Of a stretch of 64,000 bases of DNA, positions 38,453 through 51,051 are shown piece by piece (the stretch's first letter is position 1; every line of letters starts with the position of its first letter). The stretch spans positions 6,634,001-6,698,000 of the forward strand of contig JAQFVV010000002.1 in the NCBI GenBank assembly GCA_028023455.1. Reading direction: 5' to 3'. The notes under the pieces were generated by a model, which was not told the DNA's origin, made no database searches, and worked only from the letters and a program-made list of their open reading frames with translations. Position numbers and translations under genes: made by a program. The DNA comes from Epiperipatus broadwayi (Eukaryota; Animalia; Onychophora).

Positions 38453-41313
38453 CTAAGTTGATCCTGATGGCAATGATGTTGACTTTCCTCTGCTTTTTAG
38501 GACTACTATGGTATAGAGTCCTTTCTGCTGAATCAAGACCACAAGGATCCATTTAGTCGATCCACTATACATTCTGCTTAACACACTCAGTCCTATTTGC
38601 AATTTGATATTGTCTTTTTTTCCACTGTTTGGATCAGTTGTCAGAGTTGATAAGTTAGTTCCCAACATTCTATTAAACAGCAGTTCAGCTGGAGTTTTTC
38701 CCATTGCTATATTTGGCATGGATTGCTGTGATAACAATATTTTGGTTGTATGGATGTCCCAGCTTCCTGTGTCCATCTTTGTGAGCAAATTGTTTAGATT
38801 CCTGAACCAATATTTCAGCCCAGCTATTGCTTTCAGGGTGAAAAGATGGGCTGAAAACTAGCTCAATGCCATCACAAAAGTTTTTAAATGCCACTGCAAT
38901 AAATGCTGTGGCATTATTTGAGACTATAGTTTTAGAAAGGCCATGGGATAGCAAATAGCCTCCTAAGAGCTTCTATTGTTGCAGTGCTCTGGGTGATGGA
39001 ACTTCCACTATCTCCAGCCACTTATAATATAAATCAACTACTATTAATAGTAGTTTGCCTTTCCATGAGCCAACATGGTCTACAGGGAGTCTAGTCCAGA
39101 GGCTTTCAGGTTTAGGCCAGTGAACTGTTTTATATTTTGCTGGCATGTCCTGATTCACTTTGTAATGTCAGCAGTGGGGAACTTTAGATTTAATGTCCAT
39201 ATCCAAAGTTGGCCACCATAAATATGACCTTGCTAGCATCTTCATTCAGACTATCCCTTGATGGCCATTATATAACATGTTGATCACTTGGGATCATTCA
39301 GATGGGGGAATTACTACTCTGGTTCCTCAGATAATATAGCCATTTTTGATTGAGAGCTCCAGCCTTCGTGTCCAGTAGGGTGGATGCAATTCCTCTGAGT
39401 TTTAATTTGGACAATTCTGCTGAATCATTTTTTGAACTTTTAGGAATCTGGGGTCTTTTAAAGTTCACCCAGTCACTGATTTACTGTTCAGTGGTGTATT
39501 TGTCCCCCAAATCAATCATGTTAACTGACTGACTTGCTGTAGTTAACTTGTCTGCAGGCTCTTTAGGCAAACAACTTAATGCATTTACAGGGGAATATGT
39601 TTTCCCTCAATGTATCACAGTGTAAAATTATACCAATTAAAAATTGAACCACCTCAACATATGTGATGAGGCATGCTGAGGGATTCCTTTGTCAGCTGCC
39701 AAGATTCCCAATAGGGAGTTTATGATCCATTTGCAGTATGAATGATCTACCATAAAGATAGTCATTAAAATTTTTAATGCCATTGATTAAAGTCAGAGCC
39801 TCTCTCAATCTGGGCAAAAAAATTTTCAGCCTTCAAGAGACACTTTGATGTAAAGACAATAGAGTAGTGTGACCAATCATCATTTCTATGGGATAACACC
39901 ATACCTGATCCTACTGGTGAAGCCTTGCATGTTAGCACCAGCACCTTTCTAGGGTTAATATTAGGTTTTTCATTTTTAAGGCATTATCATGATTGATGTC
40001 CCACTTCCAGACTGTTTTTTATCTAGTAGCATGTATAGTGTTCAGCTGCTTCAGTTTTATAATATAAAATCCCTTCATAGTAATTTATGAATTCCAAGAA
40101 GAACTATAATTCTTTATTGTCACTTGGTGTTTTGGCTTTTTTAATTGCCATAACTTTTTTTGAATAGGATGAATACCACTTGCATCTATCCTAAATTCTA
40201 GAAACTCTTTGGCTTCAAATATACAGTTATCCAAGTTTATTCTTATGCCTGCTGCTTTGAACTATCAAGGAATTTTTTGGTAGAACTCAGAGCAGTTCTG
40301 GAGTCTAAGCCACCAGTAAGAAATCATCAAAGTAAGATAGAGCCCTTGATATTCCAGCATCCAGTTGATCCATGACTGTCTGGTGGAATATAGCTGGGGT
40401 GACTGATATACCAAAAGGCAACAAGTTCATCTTAAATAAACCTTTATGAGTTATTACTGATGATGCACTTGCTGCCTGATCATTGACTGGTAGCTGCAAG
40501 TATACATGTTTCAAGTCAATTTTAGTAAAAACCCTTCTACCTGACAGTGTGGATAGAATTTGCTTAACTGAAGGTGGAGGATAATTATTTGATGCTAGCA
40601 CTTTGTTAATCATGCATTAATAATGACCACATATCTGCACATAACCATTTTCTTTGATGATTGGGACTATTGGGGTGGCCCTTTCCAAATACAATATGGG
40701 CTCTATCACCCCAACTGCCTCTCACCTTTCCAGCTCTGCCTCAACTTTAGCTCTCAAGGTCAGTGGCAGTGATTTGAACAAACAATTATTCAGTGTTATC
40801 TCTTTATTCAGTGGTAAGTGAATTTTTTGTTCTAAATGCAGACCTAGGGTTTTTTTTAAAACTTCAGGGTAATCATTCTTTATCTTGCTAAACATTGTGA
40901 TTTGGTTGACCTTTCCTCCACAAATCCTAAGTAACTGAATCACTCACAGCCTAATAGATTGCTATACTCACCAGATACCACTACAAGTGATAGATAGATA
41001 GTTTTATTAGACTCTGTAACTTTAACTCTTGTCTGTCCCAAGAGTTTTATTTCTTGCCCTGATAGTCTGTTATAGCCTTGCTGCTAAGATATAGCATATA
41101 CTTGTTATTTATATCAATGATAGTCCAGGTCTTTTTTGATACAATGGACACTGCTGACCCTGTTTCTAGCTCCATTGTTACTGGCATATCAATAATGAAG
41201 ATTCTGTATTTATATACTTGTACATAACTCTTAATATTGTTTATAGAGGCAACTTGTTTATTTTCATTAAGATTGCTTTTGGTATGTTTCAGAATAGGTT
41301 TTTCCATTCTCAT
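38453..41313 (-). pseudogene. Gypsy pol (protease, RT, RNase H, integrase), frameshifted
   Basis: PR VTMELETGSAVSIVS; RT YPPPSVKQILSTLSG..VFTKIDLKHVYLQL..THKGLFKMNLLPFGI..YFDDFLL; IN WTRLPVDHVG.WKGKLLLIVVD.YYKWLEI and HGLSKTIVSNNATAF..FHPESN. Confidence 0.9.
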
Positions 41314-41404
41314 ATTGGCTACTTTATCTTTTCATTTTTAGAAAGGCCTCTTATATGCCTGATTCACTTGCAAAATAAACATACAGTATAGCACTGTGTG
41401 GACA

Positions 41405-41998
41405 TCAGTTCTTTATACCTATAACAATGCTTATCATTAGATAACTGAGTGCTTGACTGACCCAGTCTTCTGTTAAAAATGGGCTCACTTGACATGTTAT
41501 AGATTCTGCCAGCATGGCTTGAGCTACAGACATATCAAAGTACATGTTTGACATCATTAATAATTTGATTCTTAAATTATAATCGTTCATTCCACAAATG
41601 AAATGATCATGGAATGTTTCATTTAAGAACTTTTTGAAATCACACATTAGTGCCAATGCCCAGATTTGTGTCATGAATTCTCTAGCTTTTTTGCCCTCTG
41701 CTTGGATACAGGGATTGAAATAATATCTCTGTATTATTGTTAGCGATTTTGGGGAGAAATATTCTGTGAGAATTGCCAACGCCTTCTCAAAATTCAAGTC
41801 AGCTGGTGTTTCTGACTCAATTTGAGACTTTAGAATACCATACTGAGATCCAATTATTGTCATCAATGTGGATAATTTTATTTTTGATTTCTTAATCTGA
41901 TAAGCTTGCATATAAAAGATTAGTTGCTCTTTGTAGCTTGACCAGTTCTCTGTGCAACCTGGTTCAAAAGCTTCCAGCAAGCCAATTATATTAGACAT
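41405..41998 (-). pseudogene. Gypsy gag (K02A2.6/Mag-like), truncated
   Basis: MSNIIGLLEAFEPG..ENWSSYKEQL...L.EYFSPK....QRYYFN..IQ.EG.....F......A..CDF..FLNE...D.FICGMND...R.KLL. Confidence 0.85.
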
Positions 41999-42299
41999 TC
42001 TTTATTTTTCTCTGGTATACCATGAGAAAAATATTTATTTTTTATTTACTGCAACTTATCACTCGATACTGTTATTTTGACAGAAATTTTACTCCACTAG
42101 GTGAGCTGCTGTCTTTTTAGATTGACCAGTTTTGATTGTTTTTTGAACTGCCTATCATGTTTGCGTCAATTTCATTAATCGTCTTGCCAAAAAACTTTTT
42201 CTCAATATGCCGAATCTGTTTTTATTCAGGTTACAATGAGATATTTAATTATCTCCTTAAAAATGTGACAACTTCCTAATTGCATATTCACTTATTTTA

Positions 42300-42700
42300 T
42301 TTTTCCAGCCATGAGGGAAATATTTTAAATCTAACTGCATCAAATCTAGCTGGACTGAGCAGTTTTTTTTTGTTTTAAATACTAATGAATGTCTACAACC
42401 CAGAACACTCACATCTTTTTTCTTTGTTATTTAATGGGAAAAAATGTCACTTGGTCTGACTGTATCAAACTCAATTAGTTTGGGCAATTGTTTGTGTTTT
42501 TCCAGCCATGAGGAAAAAATTCTTTAGTTGTACTGTGCCAGAATTTGTTGACTTGGGCTGCATTTATGTGTGATTTAATAATCACCAATTCATAAAATTA
42601 AATGAGTATCTATATAAGTGCATACTTATGTTTTTAACCTCTTCTTTTTTTTCAGTCATGGGGGAGGGGGTATTTTATCTGACTGTGCCAAAAATCTATT
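42300..42700 (-). repeat. Three diverged repeats in the Gypsy 5' leader
   Basis: TTTTYCAGYCATGRGG...ACTGTGCCA-type units at ~42300, 42497, 42647. Confidence 0.7.
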
Positions 42701-43278
42701 GTGTTTAGTCTGAATTACAAACCCAATTGACAGAAAACAATACTACACCAGTATTATAATTAATATAATATTTATTATATTTACATATAAATCTAATACA
42801 GAATAATATAGTTCTACTGTGGACTCTTGGATCTGGGTCTTAATAATCTACCACTTCCAGCTACACCTGATAGCTTACCTCAGCCGTGCCATTGCCTTGA
42901 GTTGGCAGTAGTCTTAGCAACATCTGGTTCTTATGAGGACTTGCCTAGCTTCATGGAAAAACAGTGTATTGCCATTGTAAGAATCTTTACTGCTGTTTAG
43001 GTTAGAAGGGCTTCTTCAGGAGAATGCATACTGTCTCTGTAGGTTAGAGAGACATTCTCTGCTTTTCCTTCAAAAGGCTGACTATTTATAGCCAGATCTC
43101 TGATCTCACAGGAGCATTCAGATTCAGTGATCATCATTGCTTATTGGACTGTACTAGTCATTAGCTAAGTGTTTAGCTGTACATTAGGCTATTGGCCAGC
43201 AGCAAACAATGCTAAATCTGATCAGATAAAGCTGGAATCTGGAAAGGTCCACTTCTTAAGGAAAGTAGAACTTTAACA
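42697..43278 (-). repeat. 5' LTR of Gypsy element
   Basis: Homologous to 37662-38274; followed on the minus strand by a PBS-like TGG motif. Confidence 0.88.
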
Positions 43279-43404
43279 AGGATATATAATGAGTACTTGG
43301 TAATTAAATGCTAAATCTGATCAGATAAAGCTGGAATCTGGAAAGGTCCACTTCTTAAGGAAAGTAGAACTTTAACAAGGATATATAATGAGTACTTGGT
43401 AATT
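43208..43404. repeat. Exact 99-bp tandem duplication spanning the LTR/flank junction
   Basis: 43208-43306 repeated at 43307-43404 with no internal difference seen. Confidence 0.92.
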
Positions 43405-46400
43405 TAAATGAGTATGTAATTATGTAGGTTTATGTGTTCAGGTTATGTTTTATTTATGTATAAATCATTCTTGGCTTACATAAATTTTCTGTATGATTTT
43501 TTTAAATAATCTGAACTTTAAATTAGATTTTCCCCTTAAGATATATATTTACTACTAGATATAATGCAGAATATAAGCACCACAATATATCACAAAGGAG
43601 TTTCCACTGCATGAGATGCATGGGAATCAAGAGTGGTATAATGATAGAAAAATGAATCTATAGATTTCTGAATTGAAACTCAACTTATCAATGTTTTAGT
43701 CAAACAACCTATTTTCCTAGTGACTGCTTAATCATGATTTTTACATATGTATTACATTTTTTAAAAATACCTTGTGTATTTCTTATGTAAAGAAGTATTT
43801 TCATAAGTCTAGATTTATTTAAGCAAAAACTATGTATTTTTTTAATGTTTAATTTAGTAGTATGCACTGAAAGCAAAATTGACTGAAAACTTAATAGTTT
43901 GTGATAGTGAGAATTATCTATTTTTATATAATTATTAAAAATACAAATTTATGGATATATATTTATATTTATTTAAGAGTATGATATGATTATGTATAAT
44001 TCAAAAATAATTTGATGAGAAATTTGAGACTATAGTTTTTATATTATCCTCATTTATTGTGGAGACTTAGGAAATTTATTTGATGTAAAATTAAAGTTTG
44101 CCAATTGTGAAGGTTTGTGTTTAATTTTATTATGAGAAAATAATTTAATAAAAGGAGTATAATTTTATTGGTTTTATAGAAGATAAAGCTAAAATATTAC
44201 AAATTAGGATAAAAAAGTTGGCTTTCAAAGCAGTGATTTTTATGAATGCAAGAAATAGACTATGTGAAATGATGTGAAAATGTATCATATCAGATACAAA
44301 TTTAATAAGATAAGAAAAATTCAATCTTATTTCCACCTTCATGGACCTTTGATGAATGTAAGATGGAAAGATTCTCTCTAATTATAAAATATTAATGAGC
44401 AGTTTGTAAAATTGTTTTTTAGTTTTGCTTATTAAAATTATTTTCAGTATTTAAAATAGACAGTAGAAGCAATTTTATATTAAAATATCAGACAATAATG
44501 ACATTGGGAAAAAGTCTTAAATTTTAAAAATTTGGAATATATAATCTGTACAATGAAAGACACTAGATTTTATTTAATGTTTTTTCTCTTTTTTTCTTAC
44601 TCTTTTTTTAGTTTATAAAAGATCATAATCTAAAAAATGAACATTTTGAAAGTTAATATTTTTCATTGTTGAAAATTGTTTTCAAATGTGTAAAATCAAC
44701 CCAATAAAATTTTAGTTTTTATTTTTAAAACTAAGTCCTTGATTAAAATTATACTGAAAAATTAATGAACTATTATATATATGTATATAATTTCTAATAA
44801 AAGTCAATACACTCATTAAAATATTAAATAGCATATATAGACAAGTAATATATGTAATATATATATATCAGTGATGAAACATGACATTTTTAGGAATGGA
44901 AGCACATTCCATATTTTTTTTGATAATGTTTTTATTTTACTTGCTATAAGAATTTTGTATAATTTAAAATGTGATTTAGTTTAAATTATAAATCAATTTT
45001 ATACTTTATTTTGCTCAGATCACTTATATATAGGTATATTCCAAGTATCACCATCCTATATATAGTGTCTTGTTATTTAGTTGTTTGCTATTTTTTAAAT
45101 TATTTAAAAATAATTTGTAAAAATTATATCATGCCACACATGAATTTAGTATGGTGGGATGATGAAATCAAAATGTTTGTCAAAATATATTTTAAGTTGT
45201 AAACATGATTTAAGCAACCATGTTGATTGCTAAAATCTTGTGGGAAAGTAAATGTCAGATATAAGAAAACATCTTGTTTATGGATTAAAACAAAAGCTAA
45301 AAGTTATTTTGGCCCCAAAAAATATCAAATTTAAAGGTGCTAATTGCTAACTTCACTGGGAAAATTTTGTTTATTAAAAATGTAATTTAATCATGAGCAA
45401 GTGTAAATAGGCTCAGTTTTTTGCTACATATAATTGCAATAACAAAACATATTGAATGGATATTAGGAATTTCTCTTGTTCAGTTTTTTTTAACGTCCCA
45501 AAAAGAAGGAATCATAGGATTTTCTTTTAATTAAAGCAAACTATTTCCTGCAGCCCAAAGATTTGTAAATATTTCATTATATTTTATAATATTATATTTT
45601 ATTATAAGATATTAAATATCAATATCAAATATATTTTAATTGTGTATTAAATATTGTTATAATACTGATACTCATACCGTTGAAAAAGTACATCTCTAAT
45701 TTTATGAAGCTTTGAAAGTCTACAATTCAAAAATATTTGTATTGTTGTCATACTTAGTAATTTTTTGATAAATATCACAATATTCTTTAAGGTTTTATAA
45801 ATATCAACTTGTGTAATATAGATGAGTTTTTATTGTGTAATATAAAAATTTAATAAGCTTATTGTTGCAACTCGTAGTCTATTTTTGTTTGTAATATATT
45901 ATAATTAGTTTGTTAATTATTGTGATTAGTAGTAATAATAAAAAAGCTTTTGAAATGGCATTTTGGATAAAAATATTGACAATAAATTGCTATCTTCCAA
46001 CAGAATTCTTCTTTAGTAAACAGGCAAAAACTCTCCATATATCATCTTTCCTAAAACTTTTTTGTAAATGAAAATGCATTATATAATTTTTGCTCTGTCT
46101 GGAGACATGAATGTGATAACAATGTGTCAGAATATATGCAGACTTTTTCTTCTTCAAATTTTCATATCTATAATATAGTTAGAAAAGGAATTGAATATGT
46201 TGGTAAAATTAGTTTCTATAATACACATATTCAATATATTATATTTATTATAATTTTGATAATAGATTCTTTTAATAATAATTTTTTTTAAATAGACAAT
46301 GAGATATATAATTAGTATAATTTATTACTATAATATAAAGTTCTTATTAAGAATATTCTTGAATGAGAACAATATATTTAAATAGAAAATACTGCTATTA

Positions 46401-47655
46401 TAATCTTTTATTACAATAATCAAAAAATAATAATAATTTTTTACAACAGCTCTATAATCAAATAATAATTTTATACATAAAAAGCTTTTTTCAACACCTG
46501 TTTTGGTGCCCTTTTCAAATGTTACTAATCTATATAACGTTAACGAATCACCTGACATAAAACCATCCAGTGTCCAATAATGGAATTAAAACAAACAATA
46601 ATAATATAAATAACTAAAACAAATCAAAACCCTCATATATAAATTGAAAAATTACAAACAATTGACTATATCATAACAATATGTTAAACAATATTACATG
46701 CATTTTTTATGCAATTTTATATATCATCTTATATAATTTTCCATTCATTTTTAATAATTATTAACCAAATTTGTAGAAAAATCTTATAAATATTCATACA
46801 ATTAGTCAAATTATTTTTAATATAATATCTCAAAGAAAGTTTTTTTTTCGTTAAAGAATTATTTTAATATATTTATATTCATTTTTAATTATGTATTAAA
46901 AATCACTAACTTCTGTGAATAAATTAAAGAATGTTAGTGGACAAAAGCAAATGTAGGTTATTTTACAGGTAATAAATTACAGTATTTTATATTTTTATTT
47001 ATTATTTATGAATAATTCAATTAAATTTTATATTAAAACCATCCACACAGCCCTTTTAATTCTTGTTGTAATTATTTTTTTATTTTATATTTAAGCTGAG
47101 GATCTTTATATTTATATAGATATTAAGGATCAAGTTGTTACTTTCTTTTGCTACCCTACACATTAGAGAGGGAGGGAGCAACAAAACATAATTTCTGTTT
47201 GCACATTTTTTTAATAACTTGACTTTTAAATTTTGGTTTAAATTATTTAATATATATGTATGGTGAAAACGATTAAAATTTTAACATTTAAATTTTAAAA
47301 TTATTAATTTGTTGTTGGAAATGTGTGCATACAAATATAATACATATGGAAATAATTTCATAGGCATTACATTAACTTAGAAAAAACAAATATTATACAT
47401 TTAGACTTTTTTTTTTTTAAATGAAGCTGAATAAATAATATATAAAATAATAACTAAAAATACATTTAAATTTTTTAAAAATTAGTATCAATGTATTATA
47501 AAAATTACAATTTCTTAAAATTGGAATTTATTACATTTCTATTTCATATAAATATAGGAGATTTGAATTCAGACTTTCAAGCAACCTTCAACTATCTACA
47601 TTATCTCATACTACTGATATACATGACCACACATATGTAGAAAAGATAAATAATC

Positions 47656-47699
47656 ACCAATATATGTATTTCATTCTGAACCAACACTCATCAGTTGGT
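47656..47699 (-). ncRNA. Hammerhead ribozyme (family B, inverted arm)
   Basis: ACCAA-CTGATGA-GTGTTG(gtt)CAGAAT-GAAAT-ACAT-ATA^-TTGGT; canonical core, 5-bp stem I, stem II partly decayed. Confidence 0.8.
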
Positions 47700-48278
47700 C
47701 CAGATTATCATCTCCCAAACACATGTATAATTAGTGCTTAGTTTATATTAAGATAGCAAATCTTTATATTTTAATAGACAAGATTCAATCTATTCCAACC
47801 TCCAACTCTTCAGCCATCCATACCATTGAAAATATGATGATAGAATGCCCATATCCCCTGCTGGTGCATGTGTGTAGCCATGTGTATCAGTAGTATGAGA
47901 TAGTGTGGATAGTTGAAGGTTGCTTGGAAGTCTGAGTTCAAATCCCCTATAATTACAATTAAGTTCCAGGTATAAGAATGCCTGTATTTCAAATCTTACA
48001 CATTAAGCCTGCATTCTGCTTATCTCCCTTCTATGTATTTAAATAGACAGTGTTCTCTATATATGAGGGGTCAGAGTGACTTGAGGTCAACATGGGCATA
48101 ACAACAATATGGCATCAATATGGAATTTGAACATTCAATCATCAGATTTTTAATGGTATGGATGGCTGAAAAGTTGGACTCTGAAGTAGATTGAATCCTG
48201 TCTATTAAAGTATAAAGATTTGCTATCGTAATATAAACTGAGCACTGATTATATATGTGTGTGGGAGATGATAATCTG

Positions 48279-48322
48279 GATCACTTATGAGTGCTGATTC
48301 AGCACGAAATACATATATTGGT
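48279..48322 (+). ncRNA. Hammerhead ribozyme (family B, sense arm; G5>T)
   Basis: GATCA-CTTATGA-GTGCTG(att)CAGCAC-GAAAT-ACAT-ATA^-TTGGT; perfect 6-bp stem II, core G5 mutated so probably inactive. Confidence 0.75.
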
Positions 48323-49434
48323 AATTATTTATCTTTTCTACATGTGTGTGGGCATATGTATCAGTAGTATGAAATAGTGTGGATAGTTGAAGGTTGCTTA
48401 AAAGTCTGAGTTCAAATCCCCTACATTTACAATTAAATTCCAGGTATAAGAATGCTTGCATTTCAAATCTTCATACAAATATATAATTTAACTAAAATAG
48501 TTTTTTAATATATTTTTTTCCTTTGTTTAAATATTTTTTTTATATTAAAAAAGAAAAAAATATATTAACATTTTTTGCAAAGTATATAGTATTTAATATA
48601 TAGGGTATATGAGCACAGATTTTCACATGACCTACAACTCTCCACTCTATCTCATAACACTGATACACTTATATTATGGTTTTATCTAAACTAATACAAA
48701 CATAACTAATAATAATAATTAAACATTCACAAGGCATGAATGAACAACAAATATTTTATATTTCATTCAATTTTAGAATATGCTTGTTATTAAGGTTGCT
48801 GATAGGATCCTTTCTAGTAGAGAACATGTATGAAAATTTTGTAAATTTTATTTTAATATATTAGTTTTTTTAAAAAATATCATTATTAAAAAAAACAAAC
48901 AGTTTTAGTTTTAAAAAGATGTAAAATGCAGATGAGTGATATTAAATGATGAAATCAACATTCTATTTTGTATTTTACTTAAAATGACAGTAATTAAGAA
49001 CAACTTTGTAATTCATCTTTAAATAAATTTTATTATTTATATATTTGTTTTTATGAACGCCCAATTTTTGTACCTGTTTATATATTTTTATCCCCCCCCC
49101 CTTTGTTTTTAATGTATTTACATTTTTCTGATAAGTTTTGTGAAAATTCAAAACCTCTAAAATGCTGGAAAAGTCATTACCAGATGAAGATAACACTTTA
49201 CATATTTGGAAAACTAATCATCATTTGATAGACTTTTTGTTTTGCTTGCAGTAGGCTAGTTTAATACATATCAGATATTTCTCTTTAGATCATTAAGTAA
49301 TTTAGTACAGAATTTTTTTTTTTAAACACAAAACTTTTTCAACATAATTTTTGAAAATTAGAAATGAGTAAATTATTAACTATATCATATATATATATTA
49401 ATTCTAATATTCTCTCAAATAAATGAATTCATAA

Positions 49435-49592
49435 TATTATTTGTGGGAGCTTCTGTATAATAAAAATATAATATCTAAATAGCTGACTTATGATTTAAGA
49501 AAGAAGCTCTGAGGTAAATACTTGCTATTGTAATGAAATGTTAGTTATATAGCTATTATATTTTTGTTACACAGAAGTTCCCAGAAATAATA
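49435..49592. repeat. Inverted repeat (~38-bp arms) with ~80-nt spacer
   Basis: TATTATTTGTGGGAGCTTCTGTATAATAAAAATATAAT versus ATTATATTTTTGTTACACAGAAGTTCCCAGAAATAATA. Confidence 0.85.
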
Positions 49593-49620
49593 AAATGTCT
49601 ATTAATTAAAACCACTGTAA

Positions 49621-49892
49621 TAACAATAAAAATGATAAATATAATGATAATTAACAGTCTTTCAATCTGCAGAAGTACTTTCAATTAATTCCTTAACCTT
49701 CCTCAACTGCCGTTAAATTCAAAACACATAATGGAAGCAAATATCATGAGTTAATGATTCTTGCTTCCTTATGTTTTTTGAATTTTTTAGCAGCAGTTGA
49801 GGAGAATTAAAAAATTAACCAAAAGTACTTCTGCAGATTGAAAGACTATTTATTATAGTTAATTACAATTATCTTTATTACTTTTATTGTTA
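49621..49892. mobile_element. Family E fold-back (~125-bp arms) with variant HHR in both arms
   Basis: Arms meet at ATCAT-gagtta-ATGAT; 49710-49669 (-) GCAG-TTGAGGA-AGGTTAA(ggaa)TTAATT-GAAAG-TA-CTT-CTGC and 49793-49834 (+) GCAG-TTGAGGA-GAATTAA(aaaa)TTAACC-AAAAG-TA-CTT-CTGC. Confidence 0.72.
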
Positions 49893-49926
49893 TATATATA
49901 ATCAATAAAGCAAGTCATCTATAGTG

Positions 49927-50500
49927 TGACATTGCTTTTATGTGCTTGTATTTACAAATATGTAATATAGGGAGCATACCATTAGCTCAAACAAGCTCTT
50001 AATTGATAAGTGCGGTAAGAGAAAAATATTTAAAATCTCTAAAACATTCCCAATTTCAGACCAACTGATTTTGAGCTTTTAGCTCACCTCAGTGAGGAGC
50101 TAGAATATTCAGACACTAGATAAAAATATCAACTCAAAACCCAACACTTATTTAATATGTGCCATTTAAGTAGAAACTCTGCAATTTTCGGACATGAAAA
50201 TGCCTTTAACTGCAGCTGGAGTTAAAGACATTTTCATATCCAAAAAAAAAAAGACATTTTCATGTTCAAAAATTGCAGAGTTTCTACTTCAAGTTACATA
50301 TTAAATAAGTGTTGGGTTTTGAGTTGATATTTTAGATCTAGTGTCTGAATATTCTAGCTCCTCACTGAGGTGAGTCAAAAGCTTGAAACCAATTGATCTG
50401 GGAACGGGAATGCTCTAGATAGAGATTTTAAATATTTTTCTCTTACCACACTTATCAATTAAAAGCTTGTTTGAGCTATTGGTAGGATTTTTATATTATA
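49927..50500. mobile_element. Family A spacer-less palindrome (~540 bp paired) with variant HHR in both arms
   Basis: Axis at CAGCTG 50213-50218; HHR-like motifs 50053-50098 (-) and 50359-50404 (+) with core CTGAGGT. Confidence 0.88.
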
Positions 50501-51051
50501 TATGTAACACCACATAAATTTTATGAATTTATTATACATTTTTGAAAACCTGTTTTTTTTTAAAGTTCTATTCTAAACTTCAGTAATATAATGTAAAATA
50601 TGTAATACCAGGAGAAAAAATAAAACAATTTTAATTTTCAAAGTCAAAATGTCCATTGGTTCATAGTTTTCATTTTTCAACTCAATATAATGTAAATTAA
50701 ATGAAAAATTATCTTCATTATATACTCATAAATTCTAATAAATAATATATACTGTTTTTTTATTATTTTAAATTTTTACTAAAATGTGTCATCTATAAAT
50801 ATGTTTCATTTATCAAGATTAAATCAAGATTAAACATGAATTGAATTATTTGTAAAAAGACTAAAATAGTCTTTTGAAGAATTATCTATATAGAATTATA
50901 ATTAATGTTCTATTCTGCTTCCATGTTTAGATCTTGAGTTATTCATCAAATTAATTGATTTTCAGCTGCTTGGTTTTTATAAGTAAATAAGTCAAAGAGA
51001 TTTTTTAAATATAAAATTTAATAATAATCAAAAAATTAAGTCATATATAAC

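Larger units (their letters stand above)
37662..43278 (-). mobile_element. Full-length, decayed Ty3/Gypsy (Mag/K02A2.6-like) LTR retrotransposon
   Basis: LTRs 37662-38274 and 42697-43278 (visibly diverged); PPT AGATGGGGAGAGA (38287-38275) abutting the 3' LTR start TGTTATAG; candidate PBS TGGCACAGTCAG (42690-42679); near-TSD AAGAT/AGGAT; gag-PR-RT-RH-IN order. Confidence 0.93.
47557..48469 (+). mobile_element. Family B HHR retroelement: inverted arm + partial tandem + full unit, with Pol III B-box
   Basis: Inverted arm 47557-~47850 versus sense ~48130-48420; partial sense copy 47866-47997; 14-bp TSD TTCATAYAAATATA (47543-47556, 48470-48483); GAGTTCAAATC at 47934-47944 and 48408-48418. Confidence 0.88.

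Noticed and set aside
38332-38861. Plus-strand ORFs 38332-38556 and 38604-38861
   Set aside because: Antisense to Gypsy integrase/3' region; shadow ORFs.
46491-46558. Minus-strand GDSLTLYRLVTFEKGTKT with retained CpGs, possible ~54-nt exon
   Set aside because: Weak donor (GTGTTG), poor polypyrimidine tract, no recognised homolog.
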